Source of the DNA: Anaerolineales bacterium
GTDB lineage: Bacteria; Chloroflexota; Anaerolineae; Anaerolineales; UBA11579
Direction: 5' to 3'
Assembly: GCA_026129305.1 (NCBI GenBank)
Contig: JAHCII010000004.1
Span: 10,446 to 74,445 of the forward strand
Length of the DNA stretch: 64,000 nucleotides
Each line of letters starts with the position of its first letter. The stretch's first letter is position 1. Under the pieces are notes generated by a model. That model did not search any database and was not told where the DNA came from. It saw nothing but the letters and a program-made list of their open reading frames with translations. Both the position numbers and the translations under genes were made by a program. Shown here piece after piece: positions 49,131 to 59,645 of the stretch.

Positions 49131-50402
49131 ATGAGCGATATTGAACTTTTTATTCGATTCGGCGCCGCAATGGCGATTGGGTTTTCGATTGGCTTGCAGC
49201 GCGAATTTTCGCACCGCGAGGGCGGCAAGGCCAACGGGGTGCAAACCCTGCCAGCCGGTGAGCGCACTTTTGCCCTGCTTGGCCTGAGCGGCGCGCTGGC
49301 CGCCATGGCCTCAGACCAGTTCCGCCAGCCACTGATCTTCTTCGGCCTCCTGATGGCGGTCGGCCTGCTGTTGGTGATCGGCTATGTCTTTAAGGCCCGC
49401 AACGAACACTTCGGCATGACCACTGAGGCGGCGATCCTGGTGACGGTGCTGCTGGGCGGGTTGTGCTATTGGAACTATGTGGGCCTGGCTGTTTCACTCG
49501 GCGTGATCACCGCCCTGATCCTGTCCATCAAGCTGGAAACTGACCGCCTGGTCACCGCCCTGACCCGCGAGGACATTTTCGCGGCGCTGCAGTTCGCGGT
49601 GATTAGTGCGATTGTGCTGCCCCTGCTGCCCAGTGGGGTTCTGTTCCCGCCGCCTTTCGATGTGCTGGACCCCTTCAAGATCTGGTTGATGGTGGTCTTT
49701 ATCTCCGGCATCAGCTTTTTAGGCTATGTGCTGATCAAGTTGCTCGACAATGACACCGGCATCGGCATCACCGGCGTGCTGGGTGGCCTGGTCTCCAGCA
49801 CGGCGGTGACCCTGGCGCTTTCCCGGCGCAGTAAAGAGAAGGGCATCGTGCGCGCCCTGGCCGTGGCCATTATGGTCGCCTGGGCGATCATGTTCGCCCG
49901 CATCCTGTTCCAGGTGGCGGTGCTGAACCTGGATCTGCTGCGCGCCTCCTGGCTGCCGCTGCTGGCCAGTGGTCTGACTGGCTTCGGCATTGCAGCCTAT
50001 TTATGGTTCTCCCGCCCGCGCAGCCCGGCCAACGGCCTGGTGCAGTTCAGCAACCCGTTCAGCCTGGGCACAGCGCTCAGCTTCGGGCTGATCTACGCGC
50101 TGGTGCTGCTGGTTTCGCGGGCGGCCCAGCTGTATTTGGGCGACCAGGGTATTTTGCTCTCTAGCTTCATCGCCGGCTTTGCCGATGTCAATGCCATCAC
50201 GCTGACACTGGTGGAGCTGACCAATGCCGGCGGCCTGGATGTGCGCGTGGCCACCCAGGGGCTGGTGCTGGCCGCGGTGACCAACACAGCTTTCAAGGGC
50301 TTTCTGATGCTCCAGCTCGGTTCACCCGGCCTGCGCCGCACGCTGCTGCCCGGCTTGATCGCCGTGCTGGCCGTGGCAATACTTGCCGTATGGCTCTTCT
50401 AG
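49131..50402 (+). CDS. MgtC/SapB-family N-domain + DUF4010-like polytopic membrane protein
   Basis: 423 aa. N-terminus FGAAMAIGFSIGLQREFSH...GERTFALLGLSG is MgtC-like. The remainder has about 10 TM helices. Confidence 0.6.
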   Translation: MSDIELFIRFGAAMAIGFSIGLQREFSHREGGKANGVQTLPAGERTFALLGLSGALAAMASDQFRQPLIFFGLLMAVGLLLVIGYVFKARNEHFGMTTEAAILVTVLLGGLCYWNYVGLAVSLGVITALILSIKLETDRLVTALTREDIFAALQFAVISAIVLPLLPSGVLFPPPFDVLDPFKIWLMVVFISGISFLGYVLIKLLDNDTGIGITGVLGGLVSSTAVTLALSRRSKEKGIVRALAVAIMVAWAIMFARILFQVAVLNLDLLRASWLPLLASGLTGFGIAAYLWFSRPRSPANGLVQFSNPFSLGTALSFGLIYALVLLVSRAAQLYLGDQGILLSSFIAGFADVNAITLTLVELTNAGGLDVRVATQGLVLAAVTNTAFKGFLMLQLGSPGLRRTLLPGLIAVLAVAILAVWLF

Positions 50403-50403
50403 G

Positions 50404-50982
50404 ATGATCGCCAGCCTCAGCGGGCGTGTGGCCCACATCGACGAGAACGGCCTGACCCTGGAGATCTCCGGGGTCGGTCTGCGCGTCAGTGTGCCCCTGC
50501 CGCTGCTGCAGGAGACCCAGGTGGGACAGAGTCTCTTTGTGCATACTCATATGGTGGTGCGAGAAAATGAGCTCAGCTTGTACGGCTTCCCCAGCCTGGA
50601 GGCGCGCCAGCTGTTCACACTGCTGTTGAGTGTCGACCGGGTGGGGCCGCGTTTGGCGCTGGCGATTCTCTCCAAGCTCTCCCCCGGGGCGCTGCGCAGC
50701 GCTGTGCTGGGCGGCGACAGCTCGCTGATCGCCAAGGTGCCGGGCGTGGGCGCAAAGACCGCCCAGAAGATCTTGCTGCAGTTGGCCGATAAGGTGCAGC
50801 CCGGCGAGGGCGACGCGATCGCCTGGGAGCGCCAGACCAGCGACAGCGACCTGCTGGCCGCGCTCACCGGCCTAGGCTACAGCGTGGTTGAAGCGCAAAC
50901 CGCCCTGCAGTCCCTACCGGAGGATGCCCCGGATGATTTGGAAGAGAAACTGAAACTGGCTTTGCGCTACTTCGGCCGCTAG
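50404..50982 (+). CDS. ruvA: Holliday junction DNA helicase subunit RuvA
   Basis: Trimmed to ATG 50404: MIASLSGRVAHIDENGLTLEISGVGLRVSVP...LYGF...ERQLFTLLLSVDRVGPRLALAILS...VPGVGAKTAQKILL. Confidence 0.9.
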   Translation: MIASLSGRVAHIDENGLTLEISGVGLRVSVPLPLLQETQVGQSLFVHTHMVVRENELSLYGFPSLEARQLFTLLLSVDRVGPRLALAILSKLSPGALRSAVLGGDSSLIAKVPGVGAKTAQKILLQLADKVQPGEGDAIAWERQTSDSDLLAALTGLGYSVVEAQTALQSLPEDAPDDLEEKLKLALRYFGR

Positions 50983-51791
50983 TTCCGGCTGACGTCCTTC
51001 GGTTCGACCCCCAGGCCCAACAACTGCTCCTCCAACTCGCTGATGCGGGCGCGGTACTCGCTTTCCATATCGGCGAAGATATCTCGCCGGTTGCGCTCGG
51101 TTTTGCTCTCGGTGTGCATTTGCATGGCGGGCGAGAGGTCCAGCTCGCGGATGGTGTTCTCCACTTCAAAGATCATCGTGTCCAGCTGGCGCAGTTCCAA
51201 GGTCAGCCGGGCGAATTCAGCTTCCGGCCCCAGGCTGCCGCCCGCTTTGGCCGGATGGCTTTTGGCCACGGTTTCCAAAGTCTCCAGGTCTTTGTTCATG
51301 TAGGCCTGGTTTATCAGTGCCATGATCTCTTCTTGCTGCTTCTTCTCGGCCGCGTTGTGTGTCACGTCAGGGTGGTAACGCTTGGCCAGCTGGCGGAATA
51401 GCTCACGCAGTTTGCGCTCGTAGTCCGGATCTTTAGCCGCCAGGGGCTTCTTGGCGGGCAGGCGTTCCTGCTCAGCGGCCGGCTCTTCCAGCGGCTGGCT
51501 GTGCCCCGCATACGGCCGGCCGCGGCGGCCGGCCAGCCAGCCGCTGGCGGGCGGCCCGTGGTCAGCCAGGATCTCGTCCAACATCTGGCGCAGGCGCGCC
51601 CGCTGCTTTTCCAGCGGGGCCACGCGCCGGTTGTAGACGTCGGTGAACTCCTGCAAAGCCCGGCGGGTGTTGCCCAGTTCGGTCTCCAGCAGGTCCAAAT
51701 ATTCGCGCCGGCGCTCGACTTTGGCGCGGATGCCGTCCAGATCGGGACGCAGACTGGTGGAAAGGCTGGTTTTTGGAGAGGATTTCTTCAT
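50979..51791 (-). CDS. J-domain (DnaJ-like) protein with coiled-coil regions
   Basis: Trimmed to ATG 51791. J-domain with HPD motif (LAKRYHPDVTHN...INQAY). Confidence 0.7.
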   Translation of the reverse strand: MKKSSPKTSLSTSLRPDLDGIRAKVERRREYLDLLETELGNTRRALQEFTDVYNRRVAPLEKQRARLRQMLDEILADHGPPASGWLAGRRGRPYAGHSQPLEEPAAEQERLPAKKPLAAKDPDYERKLRELFRQLAKRYHPDVTHNAAEKKQQEEIMALINQAYMNKDLETLETVAKSHPAKAGGSLGPEAEFARLTLELRQLDTMIFEVENTIRELDLSPAMQMHTESKTERNRRDIFADMESEYRARISELEEQLLGLGVEPKDVSRN

Positions 51792-51879
51792 TACAAAGGT
51801 AGAATTATACCCATACGGGTCTTTTGAACCAAACACAGGCTTTGGGTGAGCGCTTTGCCCCAAAGCCTCGTTGTTGCGT

Positions 51880-51919
51880 TTGTGAATTACTGGACAAGCA
51901 AAGGGCTTTCAGTTATCAT
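51880..51919 (+). promoter_or_regulatory. candidate atpAGDC promoter with overlapping Rex-box-like palindrome
   Basis: TTGTGAA-TTAC-TGGACAA (51880-51897) matches 12/14 of the Rex consensus TTGTGAA-N4-TTCACAA. TGGACA (51891-51896), 17 nt, TATCAT (51914-51919) forms a plausible -35/-10. Confidence 0.45.
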
Positions 51920-51957
51920 CTGAAAATCAATTCGCCCGCCGCGATGGAGTGGATTTC

Positions 51958-53610
51958 ATGTCAGATTTGATCAAAGACATTTCTTCTAGCCTTCAGAAAC
52001 AGATTGAAGGCTTTAAACCCGAATTTGAACTGCGTGATATAGGCACCGTGACCGAAGCCGGTGACGGTATTGCCCGCGCCTCGGGCCTGGCCCAAGTGCA
52101 GGCCCAAGAGCTGGTTCAATTCGAAAACGGTGTGATGGGCATCGCCTTCAACTTGGAAGAGGACAACGTCGGTATCATCATCATGGGCGAGTTCTCCGGC
52201 ATTGAAGAAGGCATGAGTGTGCGCTCCACCGGCCGCATCGCCTCTGTTCCGGTCGGCGACGGCATGATCGGCCGCGTGGTCAATGCCCTGGGTGAGCCGG
52301 TGGACGGCAAAGGCCCGATCGCCTTCAGCAGCTACCGCCCGATCGAGCGTATTGCCCCCGGTGTGATCCAGCGTAAAGATGTGGACACTCCGGTGCAAAC
52401 CGGCATCAAGGGCATCGACGCCCTGACTCCGGTGGGCCGCGGCCAGCGCCAGCTGATCATCGGTGACCGCCAGACCGGCAAGACCGCTCTGGCGATCGAC
52501 GCCATCATCAACCAGAAGGGCCAGGACCTTCTGTGTATCTATGTCGCCATCGGTCAGAAGAAGGCCGGTATCGCCCGCACCGTGGCGATCCTCGAAGAGC
52601 ACGGCGCCATGGACCACACCGTGGTCGTGGTGGCCTCAGCTGAGGAACCGGCCGCGTTGCAGTACATTGCCCCATATGCGGGTTGCGCCATCGGTGAAGA
52701 GTTCATGGAAACCGGCCGCGACGCGCTGATCATCTATGACGACCTCTCCAAGCACGCCTGGGCTTACCGCCAGGTATCGCTGCTGCTGCGCCGCCCGCCC
52801 GGCCGTGAAGCCTACCCCGGCGATGTGTTCTATCTGCACTCCCGCTTGCTGGAACGCGCCGCCCGCCTGGCCAACAGCTACGTGCTGACCGCCAAGGACT
52901 TCAAAGAAGAACTGGCCACCGAAAAGGATGCGCTGGACAAGAAGGTCTACGGCGGCCCGCTGGCCAAGCATTATGCCGAAGAGGCTGCCAAAGAAGTTAA
53001 AGACAGCAAGGTGGTCAAGCTGCAGGGTTCCGGTGGTTCCCTGACGGCGCTGCCCATTATTGAAACCCTGCTGGGCGACGTGTCCGCTTACGTGCCCACC
53101 AACGTGATCTCGATCACCGACGGCCAGATCTACCTGGAGGCCAACCTGTTCTATGCCGGTATCCGCCCGGCGATCAACGCCGGTTTGTCCGTCTCGCGCG
53201 TGGGTGGCGACGCCCAAACCAAGGCGATGCGCCAAGTCGCCGGTGGTCTGCGTTTGGACATGGCCTCCTTCCGTGAGCTGGCGGCTTTTGCGCAGTTCGG
53301 TTCCAGTCTGGACAAAGCCACCCAGTCGCAGCTCAACCGCGGCCAGCGCCTGCAAGAGATCCTCAAGCAGCCCCAGTACCAACCGGTGGCGCTGGAGCAT
53401 GAGATTGTCGCTATTTATGCCGGCACCAGCGGCCTGGCCGACAACATCGACATCGAGCGTGTGACTGACTGGGAGGCGGCTCTGCTGCGCTTTATGGACG
53501 CCTCTCACAGCGTGCTTCTCAAGGAAATTCGCGAGAAGAAGGCGCTGAGCGACGAGCTCAAAGCCCAGTTGAAGACCGCTATTGAAAGCTTCAACAGTAC
53601 ATGGAGCTAA
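51958..53610 (+). CDS. atpA: F0F1 ATP synthase subunit alpha (with lineage-specific insertion)
   Basis: Walker A GDRQTGKT, plus [24 protein letters not shown]...[12 protein letters not shown]...ITDGQIYLE. An in-frame GTG at 51949 is an alternative start. Confidence 0.95.
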   Translation: MSDLIKDISSSLQKQIEGFKPEFELRDIGTVTEAGDGIARASGLAQVQAQELVQFENGVMGIAFNLEEDNVGIIIMGEFSGIEEGMSVRSTGRIASVPVGDGMIGRVVNALGEPVDGKGPIAFSSYRPIERIAPGVIQRKDVDTPVQTGIKGIDALTPVGRGQRQLIIGDRQTGKTALAIDAIINQKGQDLLCIYVAIGQKKAGIARTVAILEEHGAMDHTVVVVASAEEPAALQYIAPYAGCAIGEEFMETGRDALIIYDDLSKHAWAYRQVSLLLRRPPGREAYPGDVFYLHSRLLERAARLANSYVLTAKDFKEELATEKDALDKKVYGGPLAKHYAEEAAKEVKDSKVVKLQGSGGSLTALPIIETLLGDVSAYVPTNVISITDGQIYLEANLFYAGIRPAINAGLSVSRVGGDAQTKAMRQVAGGLRLDMASFRELAAFAQFGSSLDKATQSQLNRGQRLQEILKQPQYQPVALEHEIVAIYAGTSGLADNIDIERVTDWEAALLRFMDASHSVLLKEIREKKALSDELKAQLKTAIESFNSTWS

Positions 53611-53634
53611 TAGCTCACAGTAGACAGCTGACAG

Positions 53635-54546
53635 ATGGCAAATACGCGTGAAATAAGGCTGCGCATCCGCAGCGTCAAGAACATCCGCCAGGTGACGCGC
53701 GCTCTGCAGGCGGTCAGCGCCAGCCGGGTGCGCAAGGCGATGGAGGCGGTGGAGCACACGCGCCCTTACGCCAGCAAGGCCTGGCAGGTGCTGACCCACA
53801 TTGCCGGCCAACCCGGGCGTAACACGCTCCACCCGCTGCTGATCGAGCGTTCCGAGGTGAAGAACGTCATCGTGGTCATGGTCAGCGGTGAGCGCGGCCT
53901 GGCCGGACCGTACAATACCAACATCCTGCGTTATACGCTGGGGCACTTCCAGGATTATCCCGTGCCCGTGCGCTACATCGCCGTGGGCCGCAAAGGCGCC
54001 GAACTGCTGCACCGCCGCGGTCTGAACGTGATGGCCCAATTCACTGAACTGCCGCCTGAACCCGAGTTTGCCGATGCTTCGCCAGTGGGCCGCATCGTGG
54101 TGGATGAGTTCCTTTCCGGCTCTGCTGACGAGGTCTACTTGATCTACACCGACTTTGTCAACATGGCGCGCCAGGTGCCTACCATGAAGAAGCTGCTGCC
54201 CCTGGAATTTGGCACTACCGAGGGCTTGGTGCGCTCGGAATTCGGCGAGCCGCCCGCAGCCCATAGCGGCCCGGCGGCTTCGTACATCTACGAACCGGGA
54301 CAGGAAGAGATCCTCGACCAGATCGTGCCGCGCTTTACCGCGCTGCAGGTTTACCAGGCGCTGCTCGAATCCAACGCCAGCGAGCACGCCGCCCGCATGG
54401 TGGCGATGAAGAACGCCACTGACAACGCCAACGAGTTGGGCAATGCCCTGACCTTGGAATACAACAAGATCCGCCAGCAGAGCATCACCAACGAAATGCT
54501 GGACATCGCCGGCGGCGCCGAGGCTTTGGCGCAGGCCAGCAAGTAA
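53635..54546 (+). CDS. atpG: F0F1 ATP synthase subunit gamma
   Basis: MANTREIRLRIRSVKNIRQVTRALQAVSASRVRKA...ITNEMLDIAGGAEAL. Confidence 0.95.
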   Translation: MANTREIRLRIRSVKNIRQVTRALQAVSASRVRKAMEAVEHTRPYASKAWQVLTHIAGQPGRNTLHPLLIERSEVKNVIVVMVSGERGLAGPYNTNILRYTLGHFQDYPVPVRYIAVGRKGAELLHRRGLNVMAQFTELPPEPEFADASPVGRIVVDEFLSGSADEVYLIYTDFVNMARQVPTMKKLLPLEFGTTEGLVRSEFGEPPAAHSGPAASYIYEPGQEEILDQIVPRFTALQVYQALLESNASEHAARMVAMKNATDNANELGNALTLEYNKIRQQSITNEMLDIAGGAEALAQASK

Positions 54547-55968
<1,422 letters not shown>

Positions 55969-55973
55969 AACCA

Positions 55974-56034
55974 AATCTCCAATCTCTAATCTCCATTCTT
56001 TTACGGCGAGATTAGAGATTGGAGACTGGAGATT
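55974..56034. repeat. RGAGATT heptamer inverted-array element, copy D (atpD-atpC spacer)
   Basis: AATCTCC-AATCTCT-AATCTCC (55974-55994), a 13-nt loop, then GAGATT-AGAGATT-GGAGACT-GGAGATT (56008-56034). The last GGAGA lies 7 nt upstream of the atpC ATG. Confidence 0.85.
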
Positions 56035-56039
56035 GTTGA

Positions 56040-56495
56040 ATGACCATCCGTTGCGAAATCGTTTCCCAAGACCGTGCCGTTTTTCAGGGCGATGCCGACA
56101 TTGTTGTCGTTCCTGGCACGGATGGTGAGATGGGCATTTTGCCCAGGCACGTTCCCCTGCTTTCCACACTGGGCCTGGGCGTGATCAAAGTGCGCCAGGG
56201 CGCTGAAGAGCATCTCTTCACCGTCACCGGCGGCTTGGTGGAAGTGCAGCCTGACATCGTCACCATCCTGGCGGACGCCGCCGAAGATGTGGGCGAGATC
56301 GACATCTCTCGCGCCGAAGAGGCCAAACGCCGCGCTGAGCAGCGCCTGGCCGAAGGCCCCGGCAAGGATGCCGAAGCCCTGCTGGCCGCCGAGGCGGCCC
56401 TGCGACGCTCCTCCCTGCGTTTGGATGTCGCCCGCAAGTACGGCCGCACTACCCGGCGCAGCAGCCAGTTCCCAACTTCCCCTTCGGGCGAGTAA
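56040..56495 (+). CDS. atpC: F0F1 ATP synthase subunit epsilon
   Basis: MTIRCEIVSQDRAVFQGDADIVVVPGTDGEMGILPRHVPLLSTL. Has a short basic C-terminal extension. Confidence 0.9.
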   Translation: MTIRCEIVSQDRAVFQGDADIVVVPGTDGEMGILPRHVPLLSTLGLGVIKVRQGAEEHLFTVTGGLVEVQPDIVTILADAAEDVGEIDISRAEEAKRRAEQRLAEGPGKDAEALLAAEAALRRSSLRLDVARKYGRTTRRSSQFPTSPSGE

Positions 56496-56566
56496 AATAC
56501 GCCCCTAATGTCTAATTCGTTTGATCAACCGCGCCTCGCCAGAGCCGCGTTGGGTAAGTTTTAACT

Positions 56567-57568
56567 ATGGCAATTCTGTCGCGTGAACTTGGCATCGACC
56601 TGGGCACGATGTTTATCCGCATTGCGGAAGGCGGAGAAGTTGTGCTGCAAGAACCCACCATTGTGGCGGTTGACCTGGATGAGCAAAAGATCGTGGCCGT
56701 GGGCGACGAAGCCTTGGGCATGGTCGGCCGCGTCTTGGAAGAATCCATCGAGGTCATTCGCCCCCTGCAAAAAGGGGTGGTGGCCTATTACGAACTGACT
56801 GAACTGCTGATTGACCATTTGGTGCGCAAGATCGGCGGCTCGGTGCGCTTCTTCAAGCCGCGCGTGATGGTTACTCATCCCTACGCCATCACCAGCGTAG
56901 AACGCCGCGCCGTGCACGAAGCCGCCTTGCAGGTGGGCGACGCCCATCTGGTACCGCAACCCCTGGCCGCCGCCCTGGGCATTGACCTGCCCGTAGGCAC
57001 GCCCACCGGCAACATGGTGGTCAGCATGGGCGGCGGCTGCACCCAAGCGGCGGTGATCGCCATGAACGACGTGGTGTCTGGCGACACACTGCGCGTGGGC
57101 GGCCTGGACCTGGACGACGCGATTGCTGCCTATGTGCGCCGCAAGTACGGCCTGCACATCGGCCAGCGCACCGCCGAAATGGTCAAGCTGCGCGTGGGTG
57201 CCGCCATCCCCCAGGATGAAGAGCACAGTATTGAACTGCAGGGCCAGGACCAGATCACCGGGTTGCCGCGTCCCCTGACCATCACCACCTCAGAAGTGGT
57301 CGAAGCAGTGCAGCCTACGCTGGACGAGATGTTCGAAATGGTGCGCCAGGTACTGGAGAAGACTCCACCCGAGCTGGCTTCGGACATCATTGACCGTGGC
57401 GTGGCGATCTGCGGCGGTGGTGCACTGCTGCGCGGCATGGACCGTCTGATGACCCAAAAATTGGGTGTGCCGGCCTATCTGGTGGACGACCCGGTCAACT
57501 GCACCGCCATCGGCGCGCTACGCGCCGTGGATATGGCCCAGATGCTGCAGCGCATCAACCGGCTGTAG
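56567..57568 (+). CDS. mreB: rod shape-determining protein MreB
   Basis: LGIDLGTMFIRIA...VAVGDEALGMVGR...actin-fold motifs...AICGGGALLRGMD. Confidence 0.9.
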   Translation: MAILSRELGIDLGTMFIRIAEGGEVVLQEPTIVAVDLDEQKIVAVGDEALGMVGRVLEESIEVIRPLQKGVVAYYELTELLIDHLVRKIGGSVRFFKPRVMVTHPYAITSVERRAVHEAALQVGDAHLVPQPLAAALGIDLPVGTPTGNMVVSMGGGCTQAAVIAMNDVVSGDTLRVGGLDLDDAIAAYVRRKYGLHIGQRTAEMVKLRVGAAIPQDEEHSIELQGQDQITGLPRPLTITTSEVVEAVQPTLDEMFEMVRQVLEKTPPELASDIIDRGVAICGGGALLRGMDRLMTQKLGVPAYLVDDPVNCTAIGALRAVDMAQMLQRINRL

Positions 57569-57585
57569 AGGACTTCGCTTCCTAT

Positions 57586-57617
57586 AAAAAAGCGGCGCTT
57601 AGCGCCGTTTTTTTTTT
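57586..57617. terminator. bidirectional intrinsic terminator (mreB / rex)
   Basis: AAAAAAG-CGGCGC-TTA-GCGCCG-TTTTTTTTTT. Confidence 0.75.
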
Positions 57618-57631
57618 GTTTTTTCGACTGG

Positions 57632-58249
57632 CTAATCCAGATAGTACGTCATGCGTTGCAGGTGGATCGATGGGTCGATATTCTGCACGCGCACCCCGGC
57701 TGGCACGCTGAGGTGCACGGGCGCGTAGCTCAGGATGGCGCGCACCCCGGCCTCGACCAGCTGGTTGACCACTTCCTGCGCCTGTGTGGCCGGCACGGCG
57801 ATCATGGCGATCTTAATGCCAGCCGCGGCGATATCCTCTTTCAGCTTGCGGCTGTCCCTGATCACAATTCCGGCGGCTTCTTTGTCCACCAGTTCCGGCT
57901 TGCTGTCAAAGATCATGGCGATGCGAAAGCCGCGCTGGCTGAAGCCGCTGTAGCTGGCCAGGGCCCGGCCAATGTCGCCGGCGCCCACGATCGCCACATC
58001 CCACACGCGGTCCACTTTGAGGATCTCTCCGAGCTGTTTGGAGAGGAACTCGATGCGGTAACCCGTCCCTTGCTTGCCAAATTCGCCAAACTGCGAGAGG
58101 TCCTTGCGGATCTGGGCGGCGGAAATGCCCAGGCGTTCGCCCAATTCCTGCGAGCTGGTCACTTGTCGGCCTTCCTGGGCCATTTGCACCAGGGCGCGCA
58201 GGTATATAGGCAGGCGCCCTATAACGATGTCTGGAATCGGTTTGCTCAT
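57632..58249 (-). CDS. rex: redox-sensing transcriptional repressor Rex
   Basis: RLPIYLRAL...SSQELGERLGISAAQIRKDLSQFGEFGKQGTGY plus a Rossmann motif AIVGAGDIGRAL. AGGAGG SD. Confidence 0.9.
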   Translation of the reverse strand: MSKPIPDIVIGRLPIYLRALVQMAQEGRQVTSSQELGERLGISAAQIRKDLSQFGEFGKQGTGYRIEFLSKQLGEILKVDRVWDVAIVGAGDIGRALASYSGFSQRGFRIAMIFDSKPELVDKEAAGIVIRDSRKLKEDIAAAGIKIAMIAVPATQAQEVVNQLVEAGVRAILSYAPVHLSVPAGVRVQNIDPSIHLQRMTYYLD

Positions 58250-58303
58250 CTGGCGAAAAATCCTCCTAACAACAACCCTATAACTTTATCACCGCTTTTT
58301 CTC

Positions 58304-58332
58304 TTGTGCAAATCAGTACAATGGTTTCACAA
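58304..58332. promoter_or_regulatory. Rex-box-like half-sites in the rex/obg divergent region
   Basis: TTGTGCA-aatc-AGTACAA-tggt-TTCACAA. The outer halves are near-perfect Rex half-sites but are spaced 15 nt apart rather than 4. Confidence 0.35.
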
Positions 58333-58373
58333 ATGGGGTGCAATCCCTCGGTTGGATATAATCCCCCTGTCCT

Positions 58374-59645
58374 ATGAGTGAACCCCAGTTTTTAGACGAA
58401 GTGGAAATTTCCGTGTGCTCAGGAAAAGGCGGCGATGGCATGGTCCATTTTCATCGCAGCTCACACAACCCGCGCGGCGGGCCGGATGGGGGCGATGGCG
58501 GCCGCGGCGGCGCAGTCGTGCTGGTGGTGGATGAGATGCTGCGCACCCTGCACACCTTCCGCTTCAAAAAGCAATTTGTCGCCGAGGACGGCAGCCCCGG
58601 CGGCACCAACCGGCGCAGCGGCCGGGCCGCCCCGGATCTGGAGCTGCGCGTGCCGCCCGGCACGCGCGTATGGGATGCGGCCAGCGGCGATCTGATCGGC
58701 GACCTGACCGCCGGCGACCAGCGCATGGTGGTGCTGCCCGGCGGCCGCGGCGGCCGCGGCAACCAGCACTTCGCCACTTCGCGCAACCAAGCGCCGCGCA
58801 TCGCCGAGAAAGGCGCCCCCGGCGCCGAGCTCAATTTGCGCCTGGAGCTCAGCCTGATCGCTGACGTGGGCCTGGTGGGTGTGCCCAATGCGGGTAAATC
58901 CACCTTGCTGGCCTCGCTGACCCGCGCCAAACCCAAGATCGCCAACTATCCTTTCACCACTCTGCAACCCAACCTGGGTGTCGCCACTTTGGATGAGGAC
59001 ACCAGCCTGGTGTTGGCCGACATCCCCGGCCTGATCGAAGGCGCCCACCAGGGCAAGGGCCTGGGTCATGACTTCCTGCGCCACATCCAACGCACGCGGG
59101 TGCTGGTGCACCTGCTGGATGGCCTGGCGGAGGACCCGCTGGCCGACTTTGCCCAGATCAACAGCGAGCTGGCCCTCTTCGACCCCCAGCTGGCTGAGAA
59201 GCCGCAGATCGTGGCGCTCAACAAGATGGATTTGCCCGATGTGCAGGCGCGTTGGCCAGACCTAGAGAAGCAGCTCAAGAAGCTGGGGCACCGGGCGCTG
59301 GCGATTTCGGCCGCCAGCGGGCAGGGCGTGCGCCAGCTGCTGGGCGCCGCGGCGACCACGCTGGCGGAGCTGCCGCCTCCTGAACCAGCCCCGGAACTGC
59401 CAGTCTATCGCCCGCAGACGGACCGCAACGAGTTCCACGTGGAACGTGAAGATCAGGCCTGGCGCCTGCACAACGCCTCCTTGGAGCGGGCCGCGGCCAT
59501 GACCTATTGGGAGCACGACCAGTCCGTACGCCGCTTCCAGCGCATCCTGCAGCATTTGGGCGCCGATGAGGTCTTGCGCAAGGCCGGCGTACAGCACGGC
59601 GACATGGTGCGCATTGGCGAGTATGAGCTGGAGTGGCAGGATTGA
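58374..59645 (+). CDS. obg: GTPase Obg/CgtA
   Basis: FLDEVEISVCSGKGGDGMVHFHR... (Obg fold), G1 GVPNAGKST, and a C-terminal OCT-like domain. Confidence 0.9.
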   Translation: MSEPQFLDEVEISVCSGKGGDGMVHFHRSSHNPRGGPDGGDGGRGGAVVLVVDEMLRTLHTFRFKKQFVAEDGSPGGTNRRSGRAAPDLELRVPPGTRVWDAASGDLIGDLTAGDQRMVVLPGGRGGRGNQHFATSRNQAPRIAEKGAPGAELNLRLELSLIADVGLVGVPNAGKSTLLASLTRAKPKIANYPFTTLQPNLGVATLDEDTSLVLADIPGLIEGAHQGKGLGHDFLRHIQRTRVLVHLLDGLAEDPLADFAQINSELALFDPQLAEKPQIVALNKMDLPDVQARWPDLEKQLKKLGHRALAISAASGQGVRQLLGAAATTLAELPPPEPAPELPVYRPQTDRNEFHVEREDQAWRLHNASLERAAAMTYWEHDQSVRRFQRILQHLGADEVLRKAGVQHGDMVRIGEYELEWQD

